Assembly (NCBI GenBank): GCA_041583595.1
Contig: JBFHFM010000001.1
Span: 1 to 42,832 of the forward strand
Source: Trichloromonas sp.
GTDB taxonomy: Bacteria; Desulfobacterota; Desulfuromonadia; Desulfuromonadales; Trichloromonadaceae
Reading direction: 5' to 3'
DNA: 42,832 nt
In this document: piece after piece, positions 1-10,901 of the stretch
Layout: the number at the start of each line of letters is the position of its first letter
Numbering within the stretch: the stretch's first letter is position 1
Made by a program: the position numbers and the translations under genes
The notes under the pieces: generated by a model
What the model saw: only the letters and a program-made list of their open reading frames with translations
Database searches by the model: none
Told to the model about the DNA's origin: nothing

Positions 1-36
1 AATGACCAGAATAAGGAATAAGCCCTTTTTCAGCAT
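1..36 (-). CDS. Possible 5' end of a secreted/membrane protein running off the window edge (partial)
   Basis: ATG at 36 gives MLKKGLFLILVI, a basic N-terminus plus hydrophobic run resembling a signal peptide. Only 12 codons visible and no clear RBS. Confidence 0.35.
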   Translation of the reverse strand, partial: MLKKGLFLILVI

Positions 37-91
37 CACATTTTCGCTGGCGAAAATATATCAGTTCTGTGAGCCACGTTCTGCAGGCCGC

Positions 92-1333
92 TTACGGTCG
101 ACGCCGACGCGGCGGTTTCTTGGTCCGGGCACCGGGTGCCGGTTTGGGATGGGCCGGCGCCTTTTTGCGGGGAGCGCTGCGTTTGTAATCCCATACAAAA
201 TCATCATCCTCGGGAAACTGGCTGGGGATTTTCAAACCGATGTATTCTTCGATGTCCGGCAAGTGAAAGACCAGATCTTCATCGGCGAAACTGATCGCCT
301 TGCCACCCGCCCCGGCCCGCGCCGTGCGACCGATGCGATGGACATAATCTTCCGGGTCCTGAGGGAGATCGTAATTGATGACATGGGTGACACCATCGAT
401 GTGAATCCCCCGGGAAGCCACATCGGTCGCCACAAGAAAGGTCAGTTTACCCACCTTGAAATCATTAAGAATGCGCATCCGCTTATTCTGGGCAATATCC
501 CCCGAAATCACGGCGGCCCGCAGTTCGTTGGCCTTAAGGCGATCGGACAGATACTCAGCTTCCCGTTTGGTGTTGACGAACACCAACACCCGCTCGGCGC
601 CCGGATCCTTTTTGAGCAACCCCAACAGCAAAGGGAATTTCTCCCGCCGCGAAGCATGGTAGAGAACCTGATCGATCTTCTCGACGGTCACCTGCTCAGG
701 GAGAATTTCAACCTTTTCAGCCAGGTCCATGAATTCATAGGCCAACTCCGTAACCCGCGGGGACATGGTCGCCGAAAAGAGCATGGTCTGGCGTTTCTCA
801 AAAGGAGGCAGCTTGCGCAGGATGTAACGAAGGTCCTTGATGAAGCCCATATCGAACATACGATCAGCTTCATCGATGACCATCGCCTCAATGCGATCGA
901 AAGAAAAAACCCGCTGCCTAGCATAATCGATCAACCGGCCCGGGGTCGCTACAATAATATCAACGCCATCCTTCAGCGCCTGACGCTGCTTGTCATAATC
1001 CATGCCACCGAAAATCGCCTGAACCTTCAAGTCGCAGAAAGCCCCCAGCCCCTTGGCGTCCTCGCAGATCTGCACAACCAACTCCCGGGTCGGAGCAATG
1101 ACCAAGGCCCTTGGATTGTTGCTGGTTGCCCGACCACTGGTCAACAAACGGGAAAAAAGCGAGAGGAGAAAGGCCGCGGTTTTACCCGTACCGGTCTGGG
1201 CCTGGGCCGCGACATCCTTGCCCGCCAGGGCAAGTGGAATGGTTTCTTCCTGTACCGGAGTGAGTTCGACGAACCCAACCTCTGCGATCCCCTTGAGGAC
1301 CGATTCCGGCAGGTTCAATTCGGTAAATTTCAT
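92..1333 (-). CDS. rhlB: DEAD-box RNA helicase, RhlB-like
   Basis: Q motif (GF..LTPVQ), AQTGTGKT, PTREL, TPGR, DEAD, SAT, HRIGRTAR; RhlB-style DEADRMFDMGFIKDLRYIL; basic Pro/Lys/Arg tail. Family is certain, symbol less so. Confidence 0.85.
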   Translation of the reverse strand: MKFTELNLPESVLKGIAEVGFVELTPVQEETIPLALAGKDVAAQAQTGTGKTAAFLLSLFSRLLTSGRATSNNPRALVIAPTRELVVQICEDAKGLGAFCDLKVQAIFGGMDYDKQRQALKDGVDIIVATPGRLIDYARQRVFSFDRIEAMVIDEADRMFDMGFIKDLRYILRKLPPFEKRQTMLFSATMSPRVTELAYEFMDLAEKVEILPEQVTVEKIDQVLYHASRREKFPLLLGLLKKDPGAERVLVFVNTKREAEYLSDRLKANELRAAVISGDIAQNKRMRILNDFKVGKLTFLVATDVASRGIHIDGVTHVINYDLPQDPEDYVHRIGRTARAGAGGKAISFADEDLVFHLPDIEEYIGLKIPSQFPEDDDFVWDYKRSAPRKKAPAHPKPAPGARTKKPPRRRRP

Positions 1334-1345
1334 GATGTCCTTTCG

Positions 1346-1960
1346 CTATACAGCGGATTTGGAATTACGGATGAATGACGCTACCCGATCCGGGTCCTTG
1401 CGACCCGGGGCGCTTTCGACGCCGCTTGAAACATCGACTCCATAGGGACGCACCTGACGAATCGCCTCCGCTACATTGTCCGGAGTCAGTCCACCGGCCA
1501 AAATGACCCGGCGCCGTGCGGCAACCTGCTGCGCCAACTGCCAGTCGCAAAGATGCCCGGTGCCGCCATAACTCTCCGGCCTCCAGGCATCCAGAACCAA
1601 GGCCGAAACCAGGTACTCATCAAGCCCGACAAGACTTTGCTCGCCCTTGACGCGTAGCGCCTTGAGCACTCGGCGCGGCGAATAGGAACACCGGTCAGGA
1701 CCTTCGTCACCATGCAACTGAATTACATCGAGCCCGCAGTAATCAACGACTGCACGGATTTTTTCAGGCGCCTCATTAACAAAGAGACCAACAGTGCTCA
1801 CCAACGGCGGCAGACTGGCCACAATCGTTCGCCCTAACTCCGGGCTGACAGCCCGCGGACTTTTTGCATAGAAAACCAGCCCCAAGGCGTCCGCCCCACA
1901 AGCGGTTGCGTGAAGAGCATCTTCGATATTTGTAATACCACAGATTTTGACTCTAACCAT
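1346..1960 (-). CDS. trpF: Phosphoribosylanthranilate isomerase
   Basis: VKICGIT, QLHGDE, GGTG, LAGGLTPDNV, GVDVSSGVE. Start moved to ATG at 1960 (MVRVKICG). Confidence 0.95.
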   Translation of the reverse strand: MVRVKICGITNIEDALHATACGADALGLVFYAKSPRAVSPELGRTIVASLPPLVSTVGLFVNEAPEKIRAVVDYCGLDVIQLHGDEGPDRCSYSPRRVLKALRVKGEQSLVGLDEYLVSALVLDAWRPESYGGTGHLCDWQLAQQVAARRRVILAGGLTPDNVAEAIRQVRPYGVDVSSGVESAPGRKDPDRVASFIRNSKSAV

Positions 1961-2186
1961 AAGCACAACCAAAGGGGTGGCTTTATTCCTTACCCTCAAG
2001 CAAGGGCAGGTTTCAAAACGACCCTAACAAAATATCACCCTACCTTGGGCAGATTGTCCAGCGGTCGGCGATTTTTTTTGAATTATTTGCAATTTCCAAG
2101 GGCGCCTGACAGAAATAAATCAAACACTCCCATATCGAGTTGGCCCAAAATGCGTTTATCATTTTCACCAGCAACTCATCTTTTGC

Positions 2187-2969
2187 TCAGTCTTGCAAAA
2201 GAGATTGCAATTTAAACTTGATATCATCTTCCCGCATCAAGCATTCGCCAACAAGAAACGCCCGTGCGCCAGCGCGTGTCAACCGAACGATATCACCGCG
2301 GTTGTTAATACCACTTTCGGCCACCACGATTTTGGAACCGGGGATGTTCGGCAGGAGACGCTCGGTCGTTGCCAGATCGGTCTGGAAGGTCTTGAGATTC
2401 CGATTGTTGATGCCAATCATTTCAACTGGAACCTGCAAGGCCATTTCCAGTTCGCTTTCATCATGCACTTCAAGGAGCACATCCAGACCCAACTCGTTGG
2501 CCAGCCCCGCAAACTCCTGAAGCTCAGCCAGGCTGAGCGCGGCGGCTATCAGCAAAATAGCATCAGCCCGATGAACCCTGGCTTCGTAGATCTGATAGGC
2601 ATCGACAATAAAATCTTTGCGCAACAACGGTCGCGACACCAGTTCGGCAATACGAGGAAGATAAGCCAGATCGCCGTAGAAAAACCGGCTGTCAGTCAGA
2701 ACGGAAAGACAAGCGGCACCGGCCTGTTCATAGCAGCGAGCTATAGCCAAGGGATCAAAATCGGCACGAATAATCCCCTTGGAGGGAGACCCTTTCTTCA
2801 CCTCGGCGATGATCGCCGTGCCGCATTCAGCTTTGGCCCGCAGGGCTGCTACGAAACCTCGTGGCGTCGGGGCCGCTGCCAGGAGCGCCTGAAGTTCGGC
2901 TTGCGGAACCAGTCCTTTGGCCGCAGCCACCTCCAGCTTTTTGTGCGCAAGAATATCATCAAGAATCAT
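2187..2969 (-). CDS. trpC: Indole-3-glycerol phosphate synthase
   Basis: [36 protein letters not shown]; ATGA overlap with trpD. Confidence 0.97.
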   Translation of the reverse strand: MILDDILAHKKLEVAAAKGLVPQAELQALLAAAPTPRGFVAALRAKAECGTAIIAEVKKGSPSKGIIRADFDPLAIARCYEQAGAACLSVLTDSRFFYGDLAYLPRIAELVSRPLLRKDFIVDAYQIYEARVHRADAILLIAAALSLAELQEFAGLANELGLDVLLEVHDESELEMALQVPVEMIGINNRNLKTFQTDLATTERLLPNIPGSKIVVAESGINNRGDIVRLTRAGARAFLVGECLMREDDIKFKLQSLLQD

Positions 2970-4015
2970 GAATTGGTCATTTCGATCAGGGACTTAAGTT
3001 TTGCCATGGCCTGGCCTTCGTCGATAGCCTGAGCGGCTTGTTGTAACCCGGCGGAAACATCGCAGGCCGCCCCAGCAGCCACCAAAGCAAAGGCTGCGTT
3101 GAGCAATACCACGTCCCGCCGAGGACCCTGTTCGCCCTCCAGGATACCCATAACTATTTCAGCATTAGTAGCAGCGGTTCCCCCCTGCAGTTCATTCATA
3201 GGACAGCGGGTCAAACCATAATCTTCTGGCTCGACCGTAAAAACATTCACCTGCCCGTCCTTGATTTCGGCCACCCGAGTCGCACCAGTCAGAGTAATTT
3301 CATCCATTCCGTCCATACCATGCACAACGAAACCACGTCGGCATCCGAGGCGCGCCAGGACCTTGGCCATGAGCTCAACCAGAGACTCCTGATAAACCCC
3401 CAGCACCTGACAGTCGGCGCCGGCAGGGTTGGTCAGGGGACCCAGAATATTAAAAATTGTGCGAATCCCGATTTCCTTACGGGGACCGATGGCATATTTC
3501 ATTGCTCCGTGTAAAGCCGGGGCAAAAAGAAAACCAATGCCGATCTCATCGATGCACCCTTCGACTTTTTCAGGAGTAACATCCAGATTCACCCCGAGCT
3601 TTTCGAGTACGTCAGCACTACCACAAAGGGAGGAAACAGAACGGTTGCCGTGTTTTGCCACCTTTACTCCGCATGCGGCAACGACGAAGGAAACCGTAGT
3701 CGATACATTGAAGGTATTTGTGCCGTCGCCGCCGGTACCGACCACGTCGAGAATCGTCTCCTGGTCGAGATTGATGTCTTCGCGGTCAATATCCAACACC
3801 CGCCCGACGCGAATCGGCGTTGCACGATCACGCATGACACGAGCGGCACCGGTGATTTCGGTCACCGTTTCCCCCTTCATGCGCAGAGCGGTGACAAAGG
3901 CGGCAATCTGGGCCGAGGTCGCTTCGCCACCCATGATCTGATTCATCACTTCAATCATTTCAGCTTCAGTGAGATCATTGCTCTGCACTACTTTAGCGAT
4001 CGCAGCTTTGATCAT
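2966..4015 (-). CDS. trpD: Anthranilate phosphoribosyltransferase
   Basis: [39 protein letters not shown]. Start at ATG 4015 behind a GGAAGG RBS. Confidence 0.97.
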   Translation of the reverse strand: MIKAAIAKVVQSNDLTEAEMIEVMNQIMGGEATSAQIAAFVTALRMKGETVTEITGAARVMRDRATPIRVGRVLDIDREDINLDQETILDVVGTGGDGTNTFNVSTTVSFVVAACGVKVAKHGNRSVSSLCGSADVLEKLGVNLDVTPEKVEGCIDEIGIGFLFAPALHGAMKYAIGPRKEIGIRTIFNILGPLTNPAGADCQVLGVYQESLVELMAKVLARLGCRRGFVVHGMDGMDEITLTGATRVAEIKDGQVNVFTVEPEDYGLTRCPMNELQGGTAATNAEIVMGILEGEQGPRRDVVLLNAAFALVAAGAACDVSAGLQQAAQAIDEGQAMAKLKSLIEMTNS

Positions 4016-4090
4016 TTCAACACCTTCCTGAGACGTAAAGCGCAAAAAAAGGAAATAGAGAGAAAGAGGTCATCCCTCGCGCCTCACGAT

Positions 4091-4660
4091 TTATCGAGTT
4101 ATTTCCAAAAAATTATTCAACAGTTGCTTCCCCTCGATGGTCAGAATCGACTCAGGATGAAATTGAACCCCCCAGATTGGAAGTTCCCGATGTCGCATCC
4201 CCATGATTTCCTGCTCAGAGGTCCAGGCGGTCACTTCCAGGCAGTCTGGCAAACTGTCACGCTCGACAATCAGCGAATGATAGCGGGTGCCGTCAAAAGG
4301 ATTGCTCAACCCGGCAAAGAGATCCCGGCCGTCATGATAGATAGGACTGGTCTTGCCGTGCATCAGCGAAGCCGCTCGCACTACCTGACCACCGAAAGCG
4401 TGACCAATCGACTGGTGACCAAGACAGACGCCGAGAATCGGCATTTTACCGGCCAATCGCTGAATCGCCTCGACGGAAATTCCAGCCTCAAGGGGGGAAC
4501 ATGGCCCAGGTGAAACCACTAACTGGCGGGGAGCCTTCTGTTCAATTTCAGCCACAGTGATCTTATCATTGCGGTGGACTTCAACGTCGGCGCCAAGCTC
4601 CTGCAGATACTGGACGATGTTATAAGTAAAGGAATCGTAGTTGTCGATCATCAGGAGCAT
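4091..4660 (-). CDS. trpG: Anthranilate synthase component II (glutamine amidotransferase, TrpG/PabA family)
   Basis: [32 protein letters not shown]; located between trpE and trpD. Confidence 0.95.
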   Translation of the reverse strand: MLLMIDNYDSFTYNIVQYLQELGADVEVHRNDKITVAEIEQKAPRQLVVSPGPCSPLEAGISVEAIQRLAGKMPILGVCLGHQSIGHAFGGQVVRAASLMHGKTSPIYHDGRDLFAGLSNPFDGTRYHSLIVERDSLPDCLEVTAWTSEQEIMGMRHRELPIWGVQFHPESILTIEGKQLLNNFLEITR

Positions 4661-4662
4661 GG

Positions 4663-6144
4663 TCAGTTGAGCCCCTTTCGCGCCATGGTAAGCGCGGTAA
4701 CAACACCGCGCGCCTTGTTAATCGTTTCCAGATATTCTTCCTCGGGATTAGAATCTGCGACGATGCCAGCTCCAGCCTGCAGGTAGATGTGCCCCTCGCG
4801 CACAACCAGGGTGCGGATGGCAATAGCCATGTCCATATTTCCTGAGAAAGAAAAATAACCGACGGCACCACCATAGATCTCTCGGCGACAGGGTTCTAGC
4901 TCATCGATGATTTGCATGGCGCGGATCTTCGGTGCTCCACTAAGGGTTCCGGCAGGGAACGTAGCTCTGAATACGTCGAATGCATTTTTTCCCGCGGACA
5001 ATCGACCGCGCACATTGGAAACAATGTGCATGACATGAGAATAACGCTCGATAACCTTTAATTCGCTAACCTCGACGGACCCGGTACAGCAGACGCGCCC
5101 AAGATCGTTACGCCCCAAATCGACCAGCATGATGTGTTCGGCGCACTCCTTGGGATCCGCCAACAATTCTGCTTCAAGCGCCTGATCTTCGTCAGCATTT
5201 GCACCGCGGGGACGGGTCCCGGCAATGGGGCGGACCTCGACTTGCTCCCCCTCTTTACGAACCAGCACTTCAGGTGAGGCCCCAACCACCAGCGTCTCGC
5301 CAAAGCGGAGAAAAAACATGTAGGGTGACGGGTTGATCGTTCGTAATGCCCGGTAGATATCAAACGGATCGGTAGTGCCAAGATCTCCGGTAAAACGCTG
5401 AGACAACACAACCTGGATGACATCCCCGGCGCGAACGTATTCCTTGCACTTTTCCACAGCCGCCATAAAACCGTCACGGCTGAAATTAGCCCGCATTGGC
5501 GTATCTTCGATCAAAGCAGTGTTCTTCAGCCGCGGCAGCGGAATGCGCAACTGTTCAATCAACGCCTCGATTTGCTCAGTTGCGCGACTGTAGGCGGACG
5601 CGGGATCGGCTCCGGGCGGCAGGTGAACATTGCATACCACCTTGATTTTCTGCGTCATGTTGTCAAAGATCAACAACTGCTCAGTCAGCATGAAACAGGA
5701 ATCGTAAGCACCAATTTCCGAAGGATTCGCATCGGGCAAATCCTCGACAAAGCGGACCATGTCGTAACCGAGATAACCAACCGCCCCACCGAAAAAGCGC
5801 GGCAAACCCTCAATTGGAACCGGTTGATAAGGAGCCATAAAAGCCCTCAGTTCATCCAGGGGATCCTCACACTCCCCCCCAGCAACAACAACCCCATTTT
5901 CGAGGATTTCATAGTTAAAGCCACGACTACGAAAAACACGTCCGGGGCCGCTCCCAAGAAAGGAATATCGTGCCCATTTCTCACCCCCTTCGATACTTTC
6001 CAACAAAAAGGAGGTCAAACCATCGTCAATTTTTTTAAAAGCGGAAACGGGCGTTTCCATATCAGCCAGGATCTCCCGATATACTGGGATCAGGTTTCCC
6101 TGTTCGGCAAGGACGGCAAATTGCTCTGAGGTGGGGAAATACAT
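4663..6144 (-). CDS. trpE: Anthranilate synthase component I
   Basis: [48 protein letters not shown]. Start moved to ATG 6144 (MYFPT) after GGAG. Confidence 0.96.
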   Translation of the reverse strand: MYFPTSEQFAVLAEQGNLIPVYREILADMETPVSAFKKIDDGLTSFLLESIEGGEKWARYSFLGSGPGRVFRSRGFNYEILENGVVVAGGECEDPLDELRAFMAPYQPVPIEGLPRFFGGAVGYLGYDMVRFVEDLPDANPSEIGAYDSCFMLTEQLLIFDNMTQKIKVVCNVHLPPGADPASAYSRATEQIEALIEQLRIPLPRLKNTALIEDTPMRANFSRDGFMAAVEKCKEYVRAGDVIQVVLSQRFTGDLGTTDPFDIYRALRTINPSPYMFFLRFGETLVVGASPEVLVRKEGEQVEVRPIAGTRPRGANADEDQALEAELLADPKECAEHIMLVDLGRNDLGRVCCTGSVEVSELKVIERYSHVMHIVSNVRGRLSAGKNAFDVFRATFPAGTLSGAPKIRAMQIIDELEPCRREIYGGAVGYFSFSGNMDMAIAIRTLVVREGHIYLQAGAGIVADSNPEEEYLETINKARGVVTALTMARKGLN

Positions 6145-6170
6145 GGAATCTCCGAAAATAAAAGTGCGGT

Positions 6171-6200
6171 AACTTACCACGTTTTTTCGCGAATCGTCAA
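6171..6200 (-). promoter_or_regulatory. Putative sigma70 promoter for trpE
   Basis: Minus strand TTGACG-N18-TAAGTT with an extended -10 TG, just downstream of the rplQ terminator. Confidence 0.55.
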
Positions 6201-6236
6201 GGTTCATCCCCCCTGAATCAATGCAGGCTCAGGCCC

Positions 6237-6270
6237 AAAAAAAAAGGCAAGGAGCGAACCCCTTGCCTTT
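6237..6270 (-). terminator. Intrinsic terminator ending the ribosomal protein cluster
   Basis: Minus strand AAAGGCAAGG-GGTTCGCT-CCTTGCCTTT followed by a T run, about 25 nt after the rplQ stop. Confidence 0.9.
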
Positions 6271-6293
6271 CTTATTCTACTTTTTAAATCAAA

Positions 6294-6749
6294 TCAAACC
6301 TGATCTTCGGCAACCCCTTCACCTTCTTCGGCAGGAGCAGCCGCCGCGGCTACAGGAGCGACAGTTGCCTGCTTGCGGGGGCGGAGAGTGACTTCCTCCT
6401 CAACCAGTTCGATGATCGATTGGGACGCATTATCACCAGCACGATTGGACAGCTTGATGATGCGGGTATACCCACCAGGACGATCCTGGTAGCGGGGCGC
6501 AAGACGATCGAACAACTTAGCGACGACTTTGCTGTCGCGAACAACCTGCAGCGCCTGACGCCGAGCATGCAGATCGCCGCGCTTGCCGAGAGTAATCATC
6601 TGATCAGCAACTTTTCGCAGTTCCTTCGCGCGACAGTCCGTGGTAGTGATTTTTTCGTGCTCTAGCAGCGAGGTAACCAGGTTGCGCATCATAGCGGAAC
6701 GGTGGCTGGAATTACGACCAAGCCGTCTTCCGGATTTATTGTGACGCAT
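6294..6749 (-). CDS. rplQ: 50S ribosomal protein L17
   Basis: [22 protein letters not shown]; Ala/Glu-rich C-terminal tail. Confidence 0.98.
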   Translation of the reverse strand: MRHNKSGRRLGRNSSHRSAMMRNLVTSLLEHEKITTTDCRAKELRKVADQMITLGKRGDLHARRQALQVVRDSKVVAKLFDRLAPRYQDRPGGYTRIIKLSNRAGDNASQSIIELVEEEVTLRPRKQATVAPVAAAAAPAEEGEGVAEDQV

Positions 6750-6790
6750 TGTTCTGTGGTCCTTTCTTCGTTAATCCTCGGGCGGCGGAA

Positions 6791-7807
6791 TTAGTCTTCC
6801 TCGCTCCCCTTCTGAATCAATTTGAGATATTCTGGATCGGGGAAATTTTCCAACTTCATGCCAAGAGTCAGCCCCATCTCGTTCAGGATATCCTTGATCT
6901 CATTTAGCGATTTGCGCCCGAAATTCTGGGTCTTAAGCATTTCGCCCTCCGACCGCTGAACCAAGTCGCCGATGAGACGGATGTTCGCATTCTTCAGACA
7001 GTTGGCGCTGCGTACGGAAAGTTCAAGCTCATCTACACTACGGTAGAGGTTCTCGTTAATTCTGCCGGTCGACTCAACGGCTTCTTCCTCGGCCGGCTCA
7101 GCTTCTTCATCGAAATTGATGAAGATCTGCAGCTGCTCCTTGATGATCTTGGCCGCATAGGACAACGCATCATCAGGGCGCACGCTACCATCGGAGAAAA
7201 TTTCGATCGTCAGTTTATCGTAATCGGTAATCTGTCCGACACGAGCATTGGTTACAGTAAAATTGACCTTCTTGATCGGTGCGAAAATCGAATCAATAGG
7301 AATCGTGCCCACCGGGGCCTTTTCGTCACGATTACGCTCAGCAGGTACATAGCCCTTGCCGAGAGCCACAACCATATCCACCTCCACATCAGCCTCTTTG
7401 GAACAAGTGGCTATGTGGTGAGCAGGGTTGAGGATTTCCACATGTGAATCGGTAATAATGTCGCCGGCCGTAATAGCTCCTGCACCTTTTTTAACGATGC
7501 GCACATTACGACTTTCATTCCCATGCAGACAGAGCAAAACGCCCTTAAGATTGAGAATAATATCGGTAACATCCTCGGTCACGCCGGGGATGGTGGAAAA
7601 CTCGTGAAGAACCCCCTTGATACGCACAGAGGTAATGGCCGCTCCCTGCAAAGAAGAGAGCAGTACCCGGCGCAGCGAGTTACCCAAAGTCGTTCCGAAA
7701 CCACGCTCAAACGGTTCAGCATAAAACTTGCCGTAGGTATCTGTCAGGGTTTCAGACTCAACCTGGAGACGCTTGGGCTTAATGAGGTCTCTCCAGTTTT
7801 TATACAT
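6791..7807 (-). CDS. rpoA: RNA polymerase alpha subunit
   Basis: [22 protein letters not shown]; alpha-[25 protein letters not shown]. Confidence 0.99.
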   Translation of the reverse strand: MYKNWRDLIKPKRLQVESETLTDTYGKFYAEPFERGFGTTLGNSLRRVLLSSLQGAAITSVRIKGVLHEFSTIPGVTEDVTDIILNLKGVLLCLHGNESRNVRIVKKGAGAITAGDIITDSHVEILNPAHHIATCSKEADVEVDMVVALGKGYVPAERNRDEKAPVGTIPIDSIFAPIKKVNFTVTNARVGQITDYDKLTIEIFSDGSVRPDDALSYAAKIIKEQLQIFINFDEEAEPAEEEAVESTGRINENLYRSVDELELSVRSANCLKNANIRLIGDLVQRSEGEMLKTQNFGRKSLNEIKDILNEMGLTLGMKLENFPDPEYLKLIQKGSEED

Positions 7808-7849
7808 TCGTATCCTCCCTAATGAGGTTACAGTTAAAACCAGCCAGAA

Positions 7850-8479
7850 TTACTTAGAGAACAATTCGACGATGAGATGCTCCTGGAATACAGGAGTCGT
7901 CATTTCTTCGCGAACCGGCAAAGTTTTAACGGTCCCTTTAAAGGCAGCGCGGTCAAGCTCGACCCAGGAAGGAAGGCCGCGGCGCATAACCCCATCTAGG
8001 GCTTCGTTGACCCGAGTTACCTGGCGGCTCTTCTCGCGCAATTCCACCACATCACCGGGACGCATCAGATAAGAAGGAATATCAACCCTCCGACCATTCA
8101 CCAGGAAATGACCCTGACGCACAAGAGAACGCCCTTCGCTGCGAGAAGCAACAAAGCCCATGCGGTAAACCATGCTATCAAGGCGACGCTCGAGAAGCAC
8201 GAGCAGGGTTTCGCCTGTCACGCCCTTCATACGGTCGGCCTTATCAAAACAAGAACGGAACTGCTTCTCGAGCAGACCATAAGTTCTTTTCAGACGCTGC
8301 TTTTCGCGCAGCTGAGTACCATAATCGGAAACCTTGATACGGCCCTGCCCATGCTGACCAGGAGCGTAGTTTCTGCGTTCAACGGCACATTTATCAGTAT
8401 GGCACCTGTTCCCCTTGAGGAACAGCTTCATATTTTCCCTTCTGCACAGACGGCAGACGGGACCGGTGTATCTAGCCAA
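7850..8479 (-). CDS. rpsD: 30S ribosomal protein S4 (Cys-containing zinc form)
   Basis: [27 protein letters not shown]; TTG start. Confidence 0.98.
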   Translation of the reverse strand: MARYTGPVCRLCRRENMKLFLKGNRCHTDKCAVERRNYAPGQHGQGRIKVSDYGTQLREKQRLKRTYGLLEKQFRSCFDKADRMKGVTGETLLVLLERRLDSMVYRMGFVASRSEGRSLVRQGHFLVNGRRVDIPSYLMRPGDVVELREKSRQVTRVNEALDGVMRRGLPSWVELDRAAFKGTVKTLPVREEMTTPVFQEHLIVELFSK

Positions 8480-8499
8480 CGTTCGTCCTCCTTATATAG

Positions 8500-8895
8500 T
8501 TAGACTCTTCTGCGCTTCGGGGGACGACAACCGTTATGGGGAATCGGTGTGACGTCCTTGATCAGAGTAATATTGAGACCAGCTGCCTGCAGAGCACGCA
8601 GAGCCGACTCACGGCCAGATCCAGGCCCCTTGACATGTACAACAACGCTACGCATGCCATGTTCCTGGGCCTTCTTCGCCGCGTCTTCAGCTGCAACCTG
8701 GGCAGCAAACGGTGTACTCTTGCGAGAGCCCTTGAACCCTCGCCCACCGGCAGTAGACCAGGAAATCACATTACCACTGACGTCAGTGATGGTGACAATA
8801 GTATTATTGAACGTCGCCTGGATATGAGCAACTCCATTGGCAACATTCTTCTTTTCAATTTTCTTTCTTACGACCTTCTTACCGGGCTTAGCCAT
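8500..8895 (-). CDS. rpsK: 30S ribosomal protein S11
   Basis: [39 protein letters not shown]. Confidence 0.98.
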   Translation of the reverse strand: MAKPGKKVVRKKIEKKNVANGVAHIQATFNNTIVTITDVSGNVISWSTAGGRGFKGSRKSTPFAAQVAAEDAAKKAQEHGMRSVVVHVKGPGSGRESALRALQAAGLNITLIKDVTPIPHNGCRPPKRRRV

Positions 8896-8906
8896 CACTC
8901 CTCCAG

Positions 8907-9275
8907 TTATTTCTTCTTGCCGGCCACCGTTTTACGCGGCCCCTTGCGAGTCCGGGCGTTGGTTTTTGTTCCCTGCCCGCGAACGGGAAGACCGCGACGA
9001 TGCCGCAGACCACGGTAACAACCAAGATCCATGAGACGCTTGATATTCATAGACACCTCGCGCCGGAGGTCTCCTTCAACCTTGGTCTCCCGGTCCATGA
9101 TCTCGCGGATTTTGCCGACTTCAACTTCAGTGAGATCGTCGGTACGGGTGTTAACATCCACCCCAGCCTTGCTCAAGATCTCCAGAGAGGAGGAGCGGCC
9201 GATGCCGTAGATATAGGTGAGGGCCACCTCAATCCGTTTATTTCTTGGTAAGTCAATACCAGCAATACGTGCCAA
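8907..9275 (-). CDS. rpsM: 30S ribosomal protein S13
   Basis: [35 protein letters not shown]; TTG start. Confidence 0.98.
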   Translation of the reverse strand: MARIAGIDLPRNKRIEVALTYIYGIGRSSSLEILSKAGVDVNTRTDDLTEVEVGKIREIMDRETKVEGDLRREVSMNIKRLMDLGCYRGLRHRRGLPVRGQGTKTNARTRKGPRKTVAGKKK

Positions 9276-9296
9276 TTTCTATTCCTCCTAATCCAG

Positions 9297-9410
9297 TTAT
9301 CCCTGTCTCTGCTTATGCTTGGGGTTTTCACAGATAATCCGGACAATCCCTTTGCGTTTAATAACCTTGCACTTGTCGCAGATTGTCTTAACCGAAGCGC
9401 GGACTTTCAT
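9297..9410 (-). CDS. rpmJ: 50S ribosomal protein L36 (not in ORF track)
   Basis: Manual translation: [37 protein letters not shown] (37 aa); AAGGA RBS. Confidence 0.97.
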   Translation of the reverse strand: MKVRASVKTICDKCKVIKRKGIVRIICENPKHKQRQG

Positions 9411-9439
9411 CGTTTATTCCTTTACTCGTCAAGTTGCTT

Positions 9440-9466
9440 AAAAAAACAAAGCGTACTGTCGCTCTG
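9440..9466 (-). terminator. Terminator-like hairpin between map and rpmJ
   Basis: Minus strand CAGAGCG-ACAGTA-CGCTTTG (7 bp with one G-U) followed by T7. Confidence 0.5.
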
Positions 9467-9482
9467 AATAATGATTTGGTAA

Positions 9483-10229
9483 TTACGGCAGAGTTAAGAT
9501 CTCTGGCCCGTCATCAGTGATAGCAATCGTGTGTTCAAAATGGGCAGACGGCCTACCGTCAACAGCGACAGCCGTCCAGCCATCTTTTAATATTGTAATC
9601 GCCGGACTACCCGCATTGATCATCGGTTCAATGGCCAACGTCATCCCGGCCCGCAGACGTGGACCTTGCCCCGGAGGGCCAAAATTGGGAATCTGCGGTG
9701 ACTCATGAAGCTGACGACCAATACCATGGCCGACGAACTCACGGACGACACTAAACCCCTCTTTCTCTACACAGCACTGAACTGCGTTTGAAATGTCGGA
9801 GAGTCGCCCTCCCACTACGGCTGTCGCTATCGCCAAATCGAGCGACTGCTTAGTGACCTTCAACAACTTCTGCTTTTCAGCATCGATCTGACCAACGGCT
9901 ACAGTAATCGCAGAATCACCATAAAAACCATTCTTGATCACACCAAAATCTATACTCAGGATATCACCCTCGCGCAAAGGAACTTCATCAGCGAAACCAT
10001 GAACCACCTTTTCGTTAAGCGATGAACAGATGGTAAAAGGAAATCCGCCATACCCCTTAAACGCCGGGCGCACCCTGCGCCGATTACATTCCTGCTCGGC
10101 GAAACGGTCAAGTTCAAGGGTCGTCACTCCAACTACAACCCTCTCGCTAAGCAACTGAAGAATCTCGGCGACAACCCGCCCCGCCTCACGCATCTGATCA
10201 AGTTCGGCGCGGGACTTAAGAACAATCAC
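9483..10229 (-). CDS. map: Methionine aminopeptidase type I
   Basis: VVHG, SIDFG..GFYGDSA, GHGIGRQLHE, AIEPM, SAHFEHT; GTG start. Confidence 0.97.
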   Translation of the reverse strand: MIVLKSRAELDQMREAGRVVAEILQLLSERVVVGVTTLELDRFAEQECNRRRVRPAFKGYGGFPFTICSSLNEKVVHGFADEVPLREGDILSIDFGVIKNGFYGDSAITVAVGQIDAEKQKLLKVTKQSLDLAIATAVVGGRLSDISNAVQCCVEKEGFSVVREFVGHGIGRQLHESPQIPNFGPPGQGPRLRAGMTLAIEPMINAGSPAITILKDGWTAVAVDGRPSAHFEHTIAITDDGPEILTLP

Positions 10230-10238
10230 GTGAACCGC

Positions 10239-10886
10239 CTAACCGACCTGAAGGCACTTCAGGATATTATCCTGAACAACCCCCATCTCCTGCATCCCGT
10301 CAACCTCTGTCAACAGTTCAGCCTTGCTGTAGTATTCCACCAACGGCGAGGTTTGCTCATCATAAACCTCAAGACGGCGGCGGATAGTTGCCTCCTGATC
10401 GTCGTCGCGCTGAAGCAAATCACCACCACAGACATCACACTTACCATCAGTAGTCGACGGATCAAACTTAATATGAAAACCACGGCCACAATCACGACAG
10501 GTACGACGACCGGTAAGACGCTCAACCAGTGCCTCAACATCAACATCCAGAGACACAACCGCATCAAGATTCTTACCCAACTCAGCCAGACAGGCCTTCA
10601 ATGCATCCGCCTGAGGAACCGTTCGAGGAAATCCGTCGAGAATAAACCCTTCAGCACAATCAACCTTCTGAAGACGTTCTCGAACAATGCCAACTACGAC
10701 TTCGTCAGGAACCAGGCCACCGGCGTCCATGAACGACTTGGCCTTGAGCCCCATGGGAGTCCCTTCCTTCAGCGCAGCTCGAAGAATGTCTCCAGTAGAT
10801 ATCTGAGGAATACCGAAGCGCTCCATCAACATCTTAGCCTGCGTCCCCTTACCAGCCCCTGGGGGTCCGAGCAGAATAAGTTTCAT
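10239..10886 (-). CDS. adk: Adenylate kinase (zinc-lid type)
   Basis: GPPGAGKGT, STGDILR, LDGFPRT; lid CRDC...CDVC. Confidence 0.98.
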   Translation of the reverse strand: MKLILLGPPGAGKGTQAKMLMERFGIPQISTGDILRAALKEGTPMGLKAKSFMDAGGLVPDEVVVGIVRERLQKVDCAEGFILDGFPRTVPQADALKACLAELGKNLDAVVSLDVDVEALVERLTGRRTCRDCGRGFHIKFDPSTTDGKCDVCGGDLLQRDDDQEATIRRRLEVYDEQTSPLVEYYSKAELLTEVDGMQEMGVVQDNILKCLQVG

Positions 10887-10901
10887 AGCAAAAAACTCCC
10901 C

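Noticed and set aside
2148-2166. Fur-box-like GAAAATGATAAACGCATTT after trpC
   Set aside because: Only about 12/19 match to the E. coli consensus, and there is no iron-related gene nearby. Better explained as part of a hairpin.
6145-6207. ORF-track N-terminal extensions of trpE (likewise trpF, trpD, rplO, rplD, rpoB, nusG)
   Set aside because: The upstream in-frame starts lack RBSs and overlap promoters or neighbouring genes; the downstream starts match family N-termini.
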